From Dipteris shenzhenensis (lineage: Eukaryota): 64,000 nucleotides of DNA. This document shows positions 36,721-49,989 of this stretch, piece after piece; position 1 is the first letter of the stretch, and every line of letters begins with the position of its first letter. The DNA lies in the NCBI GenBank assembly GCA_047967505.1, contig CM106538.1. One strand, given 5' to 3'. The translations under genes and the position numbers were made by a program. The notes under the pieces are model-generated. The model worked only from the letters and a program-made list of their open reading frames with translations. It searched no databases and was not told the DNA's origin.

Positions 36721-38699
36721 GTTGGAAGCTCCAAAGAGAAGGAAATGCCAAACGTAGGTAGCGGGCAGCACGAGCTATAGAAGAGGCAACAAGTAGTAGG
36801 TAGAAGAGAGGCAATGGGTGGTGGGCAAGAGGAGAGGCTGATGGCAGCGACCAATAAGCAGAAGTGGAGCAGAAGGGGAGGTAGAGTGAGCAGCAGCAAT
36901 AGGAGGCGAAATGAGCAGCAGCAGCAGCAGGGGGAATGAGCAGCAGAGCAGGAGGCAAAATAAGCAATAGTAGGAGGTGGAATAAGAAACATTAGGAGGC
37001 AGGATTTCTGAGGTTGCAACTCCACAAACAGCAGCTCCATGAATCACCACCAGTAGCAGCTCCACGAATCAACAGCACATGAAGAGGCAAAGGGAAGAGA
37101 GGGAAGGGCTACACTTTGGGAGAAGATAGCTTCCATTTCTGGGCTACCTCACTCCTAAGGTTTGTCCAAAGAATAGAAACTTGCTAGAAAGGTTTGCTAC
37201 CACATGAAGCAACTGGAAGAAGCAAGAAAAAAGAAAAGGGAGCTAGATGGAAGGAAGCATAACTTGAACTAGAAATGAAATGAAATGGAAGGAAAGGCAA
37301 GAACCAAAATGAAATCATGTACATGACCAAAAGCTCCAATGAGTTGATTGATGTGACAAGTGAAGGTACAACACTCATATAGAGTCGACACACACACTCA
37401 AGTACCATATGTATATGGGATAACTCTCCCAATATGCCACATGGCACTCTCTCACACATTTAAGACTCAGAAAACTAGTTTCTAATACACACTTGACTAC
37501 GATTTCTCCAACATATATGGTATACCATGGAATGAAATGATATATTAAGAAGTATATTCTTGGTCAAGTAATTATCATACAATTTGGCTATATAAAAGTA
37601 GGTATTTCTTATTATTTACATCATGTAAATTGTTTTAAAATGAATTCTTTAGTTTGAATTTTTCTTTTTTTAGATCGTAGCCTATGAGTCCACAAAGTGA
37701 TATTCTTTAGGGAACTAGGTGAGATTAGCCATTTAGTGTGTGAAAATGGATGTTCTTCCCCTTAAAATACTTTGATCAAGGAAACAAAGTGGGCACCCTC
37801 AGCCAACAACCAATAAATGCTACTTCTTAATTACTCTTGATCATGGCTTCAAAGGGACTTTTAGCCTTTGCCCTTAACTCATACTTTCCTCATGACAATT
37901 CTTTGTTTTTTTTATCATAAATATATTAGGGTATTTTAACCCTTAACTAGGTGTAGAAGTGCTCATTATTTTTATCCTTTAAATGTTATCTGATGCCTAC
38001 ACCAAAAGATATGTAACCATATGACATGGATTCACAACATAAGGGGTTCTTTAATCTTATAAACTCACAAAATTATATGTACAAAAAGGGAAACACATAC
38101 CTTGTGGTAGGGCTTCAAATATTACCCCTCTTCATGCATGTTCTACTATAGGTTCATGGGTGATCCTTTCAAGGCTTTGTGACCTACCATAGGAAGGCCT
38201 TAGTGAAGATGTGTGATAAGAAAGGAAAAATAGGTATTTTTTAAAACATTTCCTTTTATTATAAGGTGATTGGTCGAAGTATGCTCCTGTAGGGGGCTTT
38301 CAATGCATGCATTTAGTGACTTCGTCTTCTTTGGACTGGCCTCTCTCTCTCTCTCTCGCAGCATCACAACAGTTTGGAGAGCTTGCTTTCCCATCCTCAC
38401 CTCGCAGCCTTGGGCAATTACATTACCAAGGTCCTTGCATACCGTGACCAATGTATTACATAGGTAGCAAAATGCTAGCTGTCCACTCCACCCTTCTTCA
38501 AAGAAGGAGACTTTTTGTAACATTCCATTGGGTCCCATGGGTCGATTTCAGGCCCCCAGAGGACGATAATAATAGTTTCTTTCTTTCTTTCTCTCTCTCT
38601 CTCTCTCTCCCCTTTGTCTTCTCCTTCTTGTCTTCTCCTTGTATCCCCTTTGTCTTCTCCTTCTTGTCTCCTCCTTGTCTCTCCTTTGTCTTCTCCTTC

Positions 38700-38831
38700 C
38701 TCTCTCTCTCTTTCTCTCTCTCACAGGCCATATGAATGAAATTCATCTTGTTATATTTTCTTTTTACCAATTCAAGGTCCCTTCTCTCAAAGGTTGGGGA
38801 TGGTAAGTCTAGAAGACCTTAGTACAAAAAC

Positions 38832-38874
<43 letters not shown>

Positions 38875-38980
38875 TATGAATGAAATTTATCTTGTTATAT
38901 TTTCTTTTGACCAATTCAAGGTCCCTTCTCTCAAACGTTGGGGATGGTAAGTGTAGAAGACCTTAGTACAAAAACAACCA
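38700..38980. repeat. Tandem duplication of ~145 bp anchored on (CT)n
   Basis: TATGAATGAAATT.ATCTTG...CCTTAGTACAAAAACAAC at ~38731 and ~38875, each preceded by (CT)n. Confidence 0.85.
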
Positions 38981-39273
38981 AGCCTTAAAAGGTTATGACA
39001 GGTAGATTTAAGTATGGTTTAATGCAAATCAAACTTTTTGTACTAAAAGATACATATAATAGGGACTTAAGCAATCGTAAGAAAGAATTGAGATTTTTGC
39101 AAAAGACCATTGAGATCCAAGCCATGGAGTATCAAGCTAATGCTCATTGTGAGGACGTGAACACGACCCTCGAGTACAGATCCATGACTGCGGGCAGGGC
39201 TCACTCCGCGAGGGCAGATCTAGCGTAGAATCGGTTGTCTGCCTTCACCGAATGCGCAATCGAACTTTCGTCT

Positions 39274-40222
39274 CTAATGAACTATTCTCTCATGCCTAGG
39301 CTGAGCTGGAGCTGGAGAAGAAGCTACGAAACTTGAAGAAGCAGATATTTCCCATGCATTAAGTGTGTTCGCGGACTTTGAGGCAAATATGTTGTATTCA
39401 CTTATCATCTTCTGCGACCCTCTTCTCTCGGCCTTGCACGCCTGCGATAAGGAGACGCCTGGACCATTGCGAGCTCGTCATATCAATATAGCTCACGTAC
39501 TTTTGTACTCATTCTGCAATTAAATTACAAGCTGAAAATTTGAAGGATATATTTGCGATCTGAATACCTTCTCCGGCAGCTAGCTTCGTGTAAAGGTCAA
39601 CAACATTCGGACAGTTGTCCTGACAATAAGGAGAGCAGAGAGATTTGACAAATCCGTTTTCAACGAGGGCATCCGACGACATGCCAATAGACATCCTCTC
39701 CAGGCCGCAAGCTTTTACGCAATCGTCCATCTCAATCCACTCAACAATGTGATCTGCCTTGACGACAGATGCCTGCAAGGCAAACCACGCATAAGTTAGC
39801 TTCCTGAACAGCAGCAAATTGGGTACTACCCCAAAATATCTTGAGCGGGCAGACTTTAAATGTAAGAGATATGGAATGGGTCATCAATGGAGGGGAGAAA
39901 GAATTTGAAACCCTGAAGGTGCATGCAAAGACTTCATGAACTACCTGGCATTCATATTGGATGTCCCCAGTTTCCATAATACCCTTCTCAAGTACGCACC
40001 GGGCTCCTGTAGAAGAAACCGCAAAAGCACAGAATTCGACCGGAAGGTCTTCACATTCAAGTTTTCCTGCGGATGGGGAGCGTCAGAATACCTACTAAGT
40101 GGCTTGGAGCCTCAGAATGATGGAAACCTCAACAAAATGAACGTGCTGATCTAACCTGAAACTAAAATGAGAGTTGCAGAGACCATAGCAACAAACAAGG
40201 AGAGACTGGTGTGGCGATCCAT
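39274..40222 (-). CDS. PAR1: PAR1-family (photoassimilate-responsive) secreted Cys-rich protein, 192 aa, 4 exons
   Basis: Exons 40222-40156, 40066-39945, 39772-39568 and 39458-39274, all GT-AG and in phase. Signal-peptide-like N-terminus. Motifs LECEDLPVEFCAFAVSSTGARCVLE, WIEMDDCVKACGLERMSIGMSSD and LCSPYCQDNCPNVVDLYTKLAAGEG. Confidence 0.93.
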
Positions 40223-40372
40223 TTCGGCAGAAGCAGTGCAAACAGGAGAGGCATGTAAAGCGAGAGAGGGTGGAATAGACGCGAGAGGAGTTCTCGTAAC
40301 GACGAGGTAATTTGCAGCGTTACTCTCTGAACGTAGCTTTTGTAGCCATTGACGATTCAATTGGAAGCTTTG

Positions 40373-40380
40373 CACGTGGC
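40373..40380 (-). promoter_or_regulatory. G-box/ABRE-like element (GCCACGTG) about 150 bp upstream of the PAR1 ATG
   Basis: Motif match and position only. Confidence 0.35.
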
Positions 40381-40826
40381 CCTCTCGTCTTCCTCCCTTT
40401 CTATTAGCCTTAACTCTTAGTTGAAGGGTAAACTAGATTTGGTAGGCAAGCCTATACGGTCCCTAATGTTCTAAAAAATAAATTAGATTAATTAGTAGTT
40501 GCAAGGGGGAGGGAAAAAGGAGGGAAATAATGATGGCTATTTTGGATGCTTTTCCCTTTGAAGAGCCTAATTTGGATGTTTTTCCTATGATGCATGACAT
40601 AATGATCCAAGGGAAAATGAGAAAAGAAAATGTCACATCAACGGTTCTCAAGAGTGTGGGAAATAGCACCTTGAGGTCTAGAGCATGGAGTGCTATTTTC
40701 CATGGTCCCACCCTATTTCCCGTGATGCATTTGCACAGCATAACAAAAATAGCTATTTCTTATGTATTTCCCTTCCATGACATAAGGCCCTAAGATAAGG
40801 TGAGGGCAAAAAATGAATGTCTCCAG

Positions 40827-41073
40827 CTCGGGGGGGTCACTCATCATATGTAACCCGATCACGTGAGTTCAACATAAGGATATTTTTTATTTCTAAAATT
40901 TACAGAAATAAATATACATAAGGGACTATTTAAAGTAGTTTTGGAAAAATTTTACAGATTTGTATAGAAAAGGGGTACATTTTATTAATGAAAAATTTTA
41001 CAAATAAGGAATTTTAAATATAGGCCTTGAACACACGTGATATAGAGGATTTATACATAGTAACCCCCCTGAG
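40827..41073. mobile_element. MITE, copy 2 (247 bp), in opposite orientation to copy 1
   Basis: Reverse-complement homolog of 30940-31184. 8-bp TSD GTCTCCAG at 40819-40826 and 41074-41081. Confidence 0.92.
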
Positions 41074-44000
41074 GTCTCCAGAAGACCTCCGAGCTCCAAA
41101 AGGTTCCTACCAACCTAAGATCCATCGACCTTGGGGTCCTATAAAAACCAGTCCCCCCAAGAGTAGGGGGAGAGGGGAGGCAAAGGCTCGAGATAAGGCT
41201 TGTGAGGGGGATCCCTACCTACTATGATACCGCCTGTGTCTACATAGATTAAGGCCTTTAATTCTCAAATAGCATTTGGTAATCGGTGGTGAGACATAGA
41301 CAAATTAATTGAATTTCCAAAGGTGGGTGAATAGAGGCTTTTAGGCAAAAGGATAAAACACAAGGGGAAAAAATAGACAATAACATAGTCGCAACAACAT
41401 ATTATAGTGTTGCGAGATTATGGCTCTTTAAATGGATTTTTGAGTAGGATAATGCCTTGAGAAATGGTCAAATGGTCATAAATTAAATACGCTTAGATCG
41501 CACTTCCCTTGTTCATCCTTGGCATTCATTCATTCATTGATCACTCCCTTTATTTCACAGTACTTCACATTCATTTATTCATTGCTTCATTGATCGTTCC
41601 CTATACTTCACAGTCCCATTTTTGTGATGGAACACATAGCTACTATCATTATTTCAAATTTGTAAAAGCAAAAAAAAGCACGAATAAAAATATGGATATG
41701 AGACACAACAAAGGACCTCCCTACAAATGTCGGGTGGTGTGCTTTTTTACTCCTTTTTTATGGACTTAGTGATTTCTAAAGATTTGTGCCTTCTAAAATT
41801 TGAAGCCCAACAAATACATGAATGAAACTATGCTCATAAGATCTCAGAATTTTTGTAGTCTATATAATATTATGATATGGACTACAACTATACAAACATA
41901 GGTGTTGTCATCCTTTGATCTTGCATCCAACTTGGTTGTCTTTGCTCCCTCACATGGAAAACATGCATTAAAATAGAGAAATGTCGTAAGAATTTAGATT
42001 GAAACTTTAAGCAATTAAGCAATTAAAAATATTTGTATGATAATATATAATATAATTAGTATAACCGTGCATGGTGTGGTTATACTAATAAAAATATTTG
42101 TATGATTAAAAATTTAAGCAATTTTGTATGAACAAGCAATTAAAAATTTTGTATGATAATATAATTAGTCTAACCACACATAGTATTGGTGGCACTTCCC
42201 TCCATAAAGAATTATAATTCAAGGGAATGGGCCCTATCCTCACCATCACGTTTGACAACATCACGAATATTAAAGTTCGGCATCACTAATAAGTCTTATG
42301 AATGGATAAGATACTCACATATTAACTGAATATCAACAGTCGTATTCATATTCCAATTCAAGAAATCAATGTCTTATACAAACCAATCATATAGTTTCCT
42401 TTCACATTTTGAAAACATGGAAAAATAAATTCAAAATAGAAGGCACATTGAAACATGCTATTTGTTATTCTTGAACAAAGCACATTTTAAATTGGACAAA
42501 GGACTTGTAAAATTGAGCTTTTACCATAATTAGTATTCTTTGCGCATAGTTGTTGTATCTTTTCTTTAAGCCTTCGTTCAGTTACAAATGTGTTTTCTGC
42601 ACTTAAGGAGCCCTTTGCTTTTTCTTTGAGTTTAATTAGAGCAAGCTGAAAGACTACATAACTCAAAGATGCCTAGGATCGGAGGTTTACCAAACAACTA
42701 GAACCTAGTAGAAGACTCTTATGAAGAATTTCACAATGGTAGGCTTGATCAAAGACTTCAAAGCTTAATTGACAAACTCTCAGTCTATAATTGATGTTTG
42801 ATCTCCATTTCTTTTCTTCTGTTCTTAGTTATTTTTGTTCGTCTTTACCTCTTGAACAAGTTCTAATGGGAACTTCAGGTTAATATTATCTTGCCTTTTG
42901 AGAGATAATACAAAACACTGTTTTTTGCCGCTTAAAATGTGTTTTCTTTCATAGCCTAGATTTTTGCCTCATTACTACAAAATTATAGTGTCTTGAAATT
43001 ATATTTTCATTCGCTAGAAGGATTTTTGGATTCCCTCCCAAGAGGAAGAAAAAGTCCAAACTTAGGAAATGCTTGTTAAATGCAACTTTGCTCTTTTTGT
43101 GCATCATGTAGCCTCTCTAGAATCAAAGTCCTCAAATAGACAACTATTGGTGCAAGAGATGTGCATTGTCTATATGATATCAAGATACCCTAGGTTAATG
43201 AAGCTCAGGATCTTGATACTGGCCAAAGAGTATGAACATAACCCATGGCATAGCCTCTTGGGAACTTGCTCAAAGCTTGCTCATAACACTCGATTGGAAA
43301 TTATTTTTGCAAATGTGAAAAATACATTCGAACATTCTACAAACATGAAAAAATACATTCAAAAAAAGAGTCTTGTTAAAACAACATATACGTTATTCTT
43401 GTACGACGATGCTTAAATTCAAATTTGAGAAATAGTACTTGCAAAACCTAGCTTGCTATGTACTAGTTCATTAATAGGTGGAGCGAGTTTTTGGATAAAA
43501 GAAAATATGTGTCTAATTGGCACAAGAAGCCATCAAAATACAAAGGTTCAAGAGCCAAAGATTGAATGTCGACAATCAAATCCAAGCACATAGGAAAATC
43601 AGCATTGATTCGAAGGTTAAACATCCTAATTAGAAAGCAGCTGCTGCTTTACACAAGTCAAGTCGATAAAAGGATTTGTGTATTGAGTTCAGAGCAAGAG
43701 GAAAAAATTGATAGATGACTACCATCGACACACAAAAGTTCAAGGAGCATACAAACTTTTGCTGATTGGTTTGAAGCAGCCCTCAATGGCATATTGAAGC
43801 AATTGAGTGTCTCTAGTGCTTTTGGATCGAGTACTTAGCTGCTGCAAAGAGTTTTGATACAAAGGTTGATTCTAAAGGCTAAGGATCAATAGCACACGAC
43901 CCTGGAAACAAAGTTTTAAAGACATATGTGATGACAATAGAACATAGAGGTTTGAAGGATCATTGTTGAAGTCTTTCTTGAGATATTTGTAGAATGAAGA

Positions 44001-45936
44001 AGATACAGGGGGGTTCGATCGACTCCCAAAAAAAGAGGCATCGATTTCAAAAAAACAATTACTTTGATGACTCTTCCGAGTCTCTCTCCTTGCTTCTTGG
44101 AAATTAGTATATCATTGAATTGCTTTGTGCCATCCAATGTGAGCATCACAAAGAGATTATCATTGGTGGCCTTAAATAGGCGGGTCATTGATCCTCGGTT
44201 CCTAGCGGCACAAGGTCATTAGCCAAGAAAATGGTTCAATTATCGGTCCATGGCCTTCACCGTGGTGGTGAAAGTTACTGTGTTGGCTAACAAGGGCCTA
44301 CAAGCAACCTTTCTATGATGATTTCTTGATTGTGTCCGTTCGCAAGAAAAACCATTGTTGGCTTTCTTTGCCAACCGGGGATGTGCTTGAACTTGTTACT
44401 TGTCCCCTATGGCATAATAATAATCCGGGGCATCTGGATTGGAGTAACCTGGATTGAGAAGGTGTCACAATGCCATATCCCATCAACGAAGAGCTAGAGA
44501 AGATTCGTGTCCGTCAACATGAGAAGAAATAGCAGCCAAGGGTGCAATTCAAAATTTTGGCAACGTTGCATGGTAGAGTGTCAGTGCCTATTGGTAGAGC
44601 AATTAACATGCAGACATCCACATGGTGGGAGGTCCCTCCGAGCTGGCCGACTGACGGGGACGACGACTGAATGATGTGGACATGGTTGCCATGTAGCAGG
44701 CCACCTTTGCCACCACGTACACTCACCGGATTTGGCTCCTAGCGTCGGAGGTTATGGGCTTCAGCATTCGTTGAGTGGGAGGGTTCCATTCCTTACATGT
44801 GTACATACAAAAAGAGATCATGATCTCCATATATCCTCACCCCATGCTTCACTCCATCTCCCCATAGTAGTTTCAAGTAAACCATCATATCACGGTATCC
44901 AACTGCAATCTACCTTCTCAAACTATTCATTGGTAATTATGTTGCCCAAGCTGACCTACCTCTTGATTAACCTTACTGGTGATCATTTCGGACCAGCACT
45001 CCATACCATCACTCCAAGTGTGGGAGATGGTATGGAATTCACAACTTGTTGGTTTTACAAAACAAATCCCAACTACTCAATTCGCAAGGGTAGCTTCCAC
45101 ATCGATGACTCTTATAGAATAAACCATTTGCTGTGATTTCGGCCTGTCATACTCTGCCAGTCTTGTTTAGAATTAACTACGATCGAGAAACAGCCAGATG
45201 AAATCCCTTGCTTTTAATGAAGTCTCAAAATATGACACAATATGTGTTAAAGTATTCCTCTTTTCCTTTAGTAGGCAAAGAAATATTGAGGTTCAGAAAG
45301 AAATGATCAACGTAACTCTTCACAGAGGTTCAAGGACTCTAAAATCATAATTTGCAGAGATGTTCAAACAATAAAGAATCATGAAAACAAACCCACAGAA
45401 TTCCGATAGCCTTGCACCGGGCACTCTTGTAAAAGTCTTATCACAGCATCATCGCACCCAAGAGCACTTGCGATGATAGGTGGGGCACAAGTCGTTTTCA
45501 AGCAAAGGAAGAGCGTGCGGTGTGTAGCTAGGTGAGAGAGATTCACACCACACAGTGAGAGGAGGGAGAGGAAGAAGTGTGTGTGTGATAAGAGAGAGTT
45601 GTAGGAAACAAGAGAGAGAGAGGGTACAACGTCCCGTCTAGTCAATCCACCTGTGCAGCTACAGAGAGAAGGACAAGTGTAAGCTGTGGGTGAGATTCCT
45701 CAGGAAACCTGGCTTTTAGTGTAAAAATACCAGTTAAACTTGAGAAATCCCAATTGGAAAAATCGTATGCCTTTTTTAATAAAGGGTTCAAATGATATGT
45801 CTTTTTTAATAAAGGGTTCAAATGAAAGTCTAAACTTTATTTTAAAGGCACACATGAAAATAGACTTTAATTCAAAGGTTCTAGTATGGATAGTCTTTAA
45901 ATTAAAGGGTAAGTGTGGAACATGCCTTGATTAAAT

Positions 45937-45942
<6 letters not shown>

Positions 45943-45993
<51 letters not shown>

Positions 45994-45998
45994 GTATA

Positions 45999-46034
<36 letters not shown>

Positions 46035-46050
46035 TGTATGTATGTATGTA
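45943..46050. repeat. (TA)n/(TATG)n microsatellite
   Basis: Directly visible. Confidence 0.97.
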
Positions 46051-47040
46051 CAGATATACCCCCCTCCAAAAAACCTATTTGGGGGAACCATTATTCGGCA
46101 ACCTCAATTTGGGGGAACCAGTATTTGGGGCATGGAGAGACATTCCCGTCTGGCCCAAAGTTGCGCCTACTCACACCTGAGGCCATCTGGCCTCTTTTTT
46201 CAAAATTTCTGGGGGGGGATGTCTCTCCATGCCCCAAATATTGGTTCCCAACAAATAAAACAAAACAAATATGGAAAAATATTAGGCAATCTTGAACCCC
46301 CCCCTCCAAAAAACCTATTTGGGGGAACCACTATTAGGAAACCTTGATTTGGAAAAAGATTAGGCAATATTGAAACCCCATCTCCAAAAAACCTATTTGG
46401 GGGAACCACTATTAGGCAACCTTGATTTGAGGAAACCAGTATTTGGGACATGGAGAGACAGTCCCCCCACCCCAAAAAGTTTGAAAAAAATGACCAGATG
46501 GCCCCAAGTGTGAGCAGGCGCAACTTGGGGCCAGACGGAGAAAAAATTTTGAAAAAAAATGGCCAAATGGCCCCAAATGTGAGCAGGCATGACTTTGGGC
46601 CAGACGGGGTCCCCGTGACTTTGGGCCAGACGGGGTCCCTGTCTCGCCCAAAGTCGCGCCTACTCACACCTAGGGCCATCTGGCCATTTTTTTTCAAAAT
46701 TTTTTTGGGGGAATGTCTCTCCATGCACCAGTATTTTCATGAACCACTATTAGGCAACCTTGATTTGGGAGAACCATTATTTGGGGCATGGAGAGACATT
46801 CTCCCAAAAAATTTTGAAAAAAAAAGGCTAGATGGCCCTAAGTGTGAGCAGGCACGACTTTGGGCCAGACGAGGACGTTGTCTGGCCCAAAGTCATGCCT
46901 GCTCACACCTAGGGCCATCTGGCCTTCTTTTTTGCAATTTTTTTGGGGGAATGTCTCTCCATGCCCCAAATAGCGGTTCCCAACAAATAAAATAACAAAA
47001 AGGTGAATTGGGGAAAAATTAAGCAATCTTGACCCCCTAG
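46051..47040. repeat. Array of direct and inverted ~60-90-bp repeats (foldback-like; possible DNA-transposon subterminal region)
   Basis: Unit GGCCCAAAGT.GCGCCTACTCACACCTAGGGCCATCTGGCC occurs in both orientations, with repeated CCAAAAAACCTATTTGGGGGAACCA. Confidence 0.85.
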
Positions 47041-49288
47041 TTCCAGCCAAGTCCGCAACCAAATATTATGCCTACATGCAGGTGCAGTTGATTTGATCTA
47101 GTAAGTTCTCTTTTCTTCTTCTTTTTTTAACACCGGGAAAAAATAGCCCTGTTTGGAGGCCCATATCTTCTAAATGGTGCAAGATATGAAACTCTCCATC
47201 TAAATCGGGCATGCAAATCCAAGCCAAGAAAACACTTTAGAGTGCCTTTTTTACATCTTCGGGCCAACAACTCTCTCTTACAGACTTTTCCCAAAATCAA
47301 TCATCTTCTCAAACATATTTGCCTTTCCAAAGTGCTCACTCTCAATATGTTGATGAAATTGTGAAAACAGATCATGGAAGCAAAAATATAGTGCAATGAC
47401 CTATGGCCTCACAATGGGTATATATATGTCCCATGCACATCCCTTTCACTTTTGCATGCATATGCATATTATACTCCAAGATTGATTTATTACATAAATT
47501 CAATCATATTTATTTCTTATGTATTATGTCTTCTCTAGTTATTGTTAAACACTAAAACCTATAAGAACAAATGTCACTCTTAAACTTTTAGAGACAATTT
47601 TTCATTATAGATAATTGTTATCTTATACAAGAATCATTGATATTATACATATGTATGCCCCTAATAATCTCATTGTACCTCAATTCAATAGCATGGATAT
47701 GCATGGACATGTTCTATGCTTATGGTACAATTGATCTACCGGTGTTGCTTCTTTTAGATGCTCATATACTTTGGACATGTTCTATGCTTATGGTACAATT
47801 GATCTACGAGTGTTGCTCCTTTTAGATGCTCAAATACTTTTACTTTTGGATGCCAAACATTAGGATATGATATGGATATCATTCATCGGGTCTTGATGGA
47901 TATGTTAACTTTGAACCTTCAAAAGCTTTCCACTTCTTTTAATAAAGAAAATTGAACATTTTTTTCCCACCCTTGTCATGTCCTATCTTCTTACTGAATC
48001 TTTGCATGCTTGATTTCCACATAATTTAAATTTAAAAATGATGCATTGTGTTTATTACATCCAAATTTTTGGTACATTTGAAGAAGATCTTTAAAAAATG
48101 TTATATAATTGACAAAATTTACAAAAGCAAAGTTTTTAAATACATATTTAATTATAATGTCCCCTATAACTTATATTATTCATGAGTCAAAGTTATTAAT
48201 TGAATTAAAAAATCAATCTAGCTTTAAATATAAGCAATACCTAAGAGTAGAATCTTCCCAAAATGTTACTTGGAGTATTCCATCAAAGCATGTATTACTT
48301 GGGGGTTCAAGTTGCCAACTCCCATTCTATGTAAATAATAAATACAAGTGATCACATGCAATTATGTCTGATTGTTTTCAAATGTGATATAATGTCCAAG
48401 AAGTAAATATAACTTCCAAATAGCTACATACATATTTCATATACACAACATAGTACATATTAATTTGTCTCATCCATGCATGAGGTGGTGTAATCTGGCA
48501 CCATTGGGATTTATTAAGTAAATAAAGACTCATATTTAATTGAACCTACATAATCTTTAAAGTAGTACATTTTCAAAGACCATATACCCGTTGATTTAAA
48601 ATCCCAAACACAACACGTATATCTATACCTCATCCACAAGATCCCAAAGACAACCTACTACCTAATATGCCCCATCAGTTGTTTTCAAGACTTACATCTA
48701 CACCTCATCGACAAGATCCCACAAACAACCTAGCTACTCTCATCCATGCACAACCTATTGTTCTTCATCCCTGATTCATGTAGTAATTCAAAGTTGTCCT
48801 GGCTAACTAAATACAACAATTAACCTAAAGTAATACATTCTGAAAGAATTAATATGATAATTTACAGAACAAAATATAGATATCCAATGTGGTATAAAAA
48901 ATTTATTGGTATATTCAATCAAATCATTTTTAGCCAATGTACATGAATGCTTCCATTCAATGAAAGATAGTATTACATCCATGTGCTGATCTTTAACTTT
49001 TTTATCTATAAAAGAAAATAATAATCATTGTAAGGCATGCCGCCCCATTGTGATCGTGAATTCACTTCTCATAGATATTGTAGTAGCAGTGCTTGGCATG
49101 TCCCTAAATGATCAATTTTGATGCATCATGACAATTGCAATAATTAAATCATTAGTATTTCTTTAAAATCATTAACTTAGTAATAGAAATCAGAATATCT
49201 ACAAAATAACTTCAAATCAAACAAAGCGTAGGAATGAAATCAAATATTTATTGTGTCCACTACATCATGATCCATAGGAATCCATTTG

Positions 49289-49289
<1 letters not shown>

Positions 49290-49334
<45 letters not shown>

Positions 49335-49715
49335 CACAACATAGTCCTCTTACCCTCGCTCCCATATAAGCCCCTTTTGAGCAATCCCAAAATGAAGTAC
49401 TCCTTCAAAATGTGTCTTACATCTCGTCTAGGGAAAGAGGAGCGCTTCATAAATATGGAAAGAATGGGAGAAAGAAAAGAGGAAGAGATTGAGAGGACGA
49501 GGCTAAGAGCAAGAAGAGGTTGTGAGGATGTTGAGAGGAGGCTAAGAATATTGAGAGGGGGAGGATGAGTGGCGGTTGAGAGGAGGAAGCTGAGAGGAGG
49601 CTAAGAGGAGGAAGAGGTTGAGAGGAGGAGGTTGAGGGGAGGTTTAGAGGAGGAGGAGGAGGCTGAGAGGAGGTTGAGAGGAGGAGGAGGCTGAGAGGAG
49701 AAAGAAGCTAGGAGG
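49290..49715. repeat. (CT)n and GAG-rich low-complexity tracts
   Basis: Directly visible. Confidence 0.85.
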
Positions 49716-49989
49716 AAGGTCAGAAGTCAATGGGGATAGTTTACGTGGCCTCTTAGGAGGTGTTTGGGGGTTAGGGACACTTTTGGAAATTTTTGAACTT
49801 TTGAAGGGGAAAAAACTTGCGATTTTGTGGGCCCAGGGAGTGAGGGAGAAGGGTAGGGGGACCATGAAAAAGTCAAGGGGGGAGTAAATGCCCCAGGAGG
49901 TGGTGGGGGAAAGAGGAGGTAAGTGGGAGCCTAGTGGGGACCAAGGGACGTCTCTCCACCAATGAGAGGCCGATATGGAATCCTCCATT

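Noticed and set aside
36487-37065. Leu/Cys-rich ORFs
   Set aside because: They come from a CAG/AGG low-complexity leader next to a decayed copia gag in another frame.
45915-47062. Cluster of overlapping ORFs
   Set aside because: They derive from the microsatellite and the inverted-repeat array.
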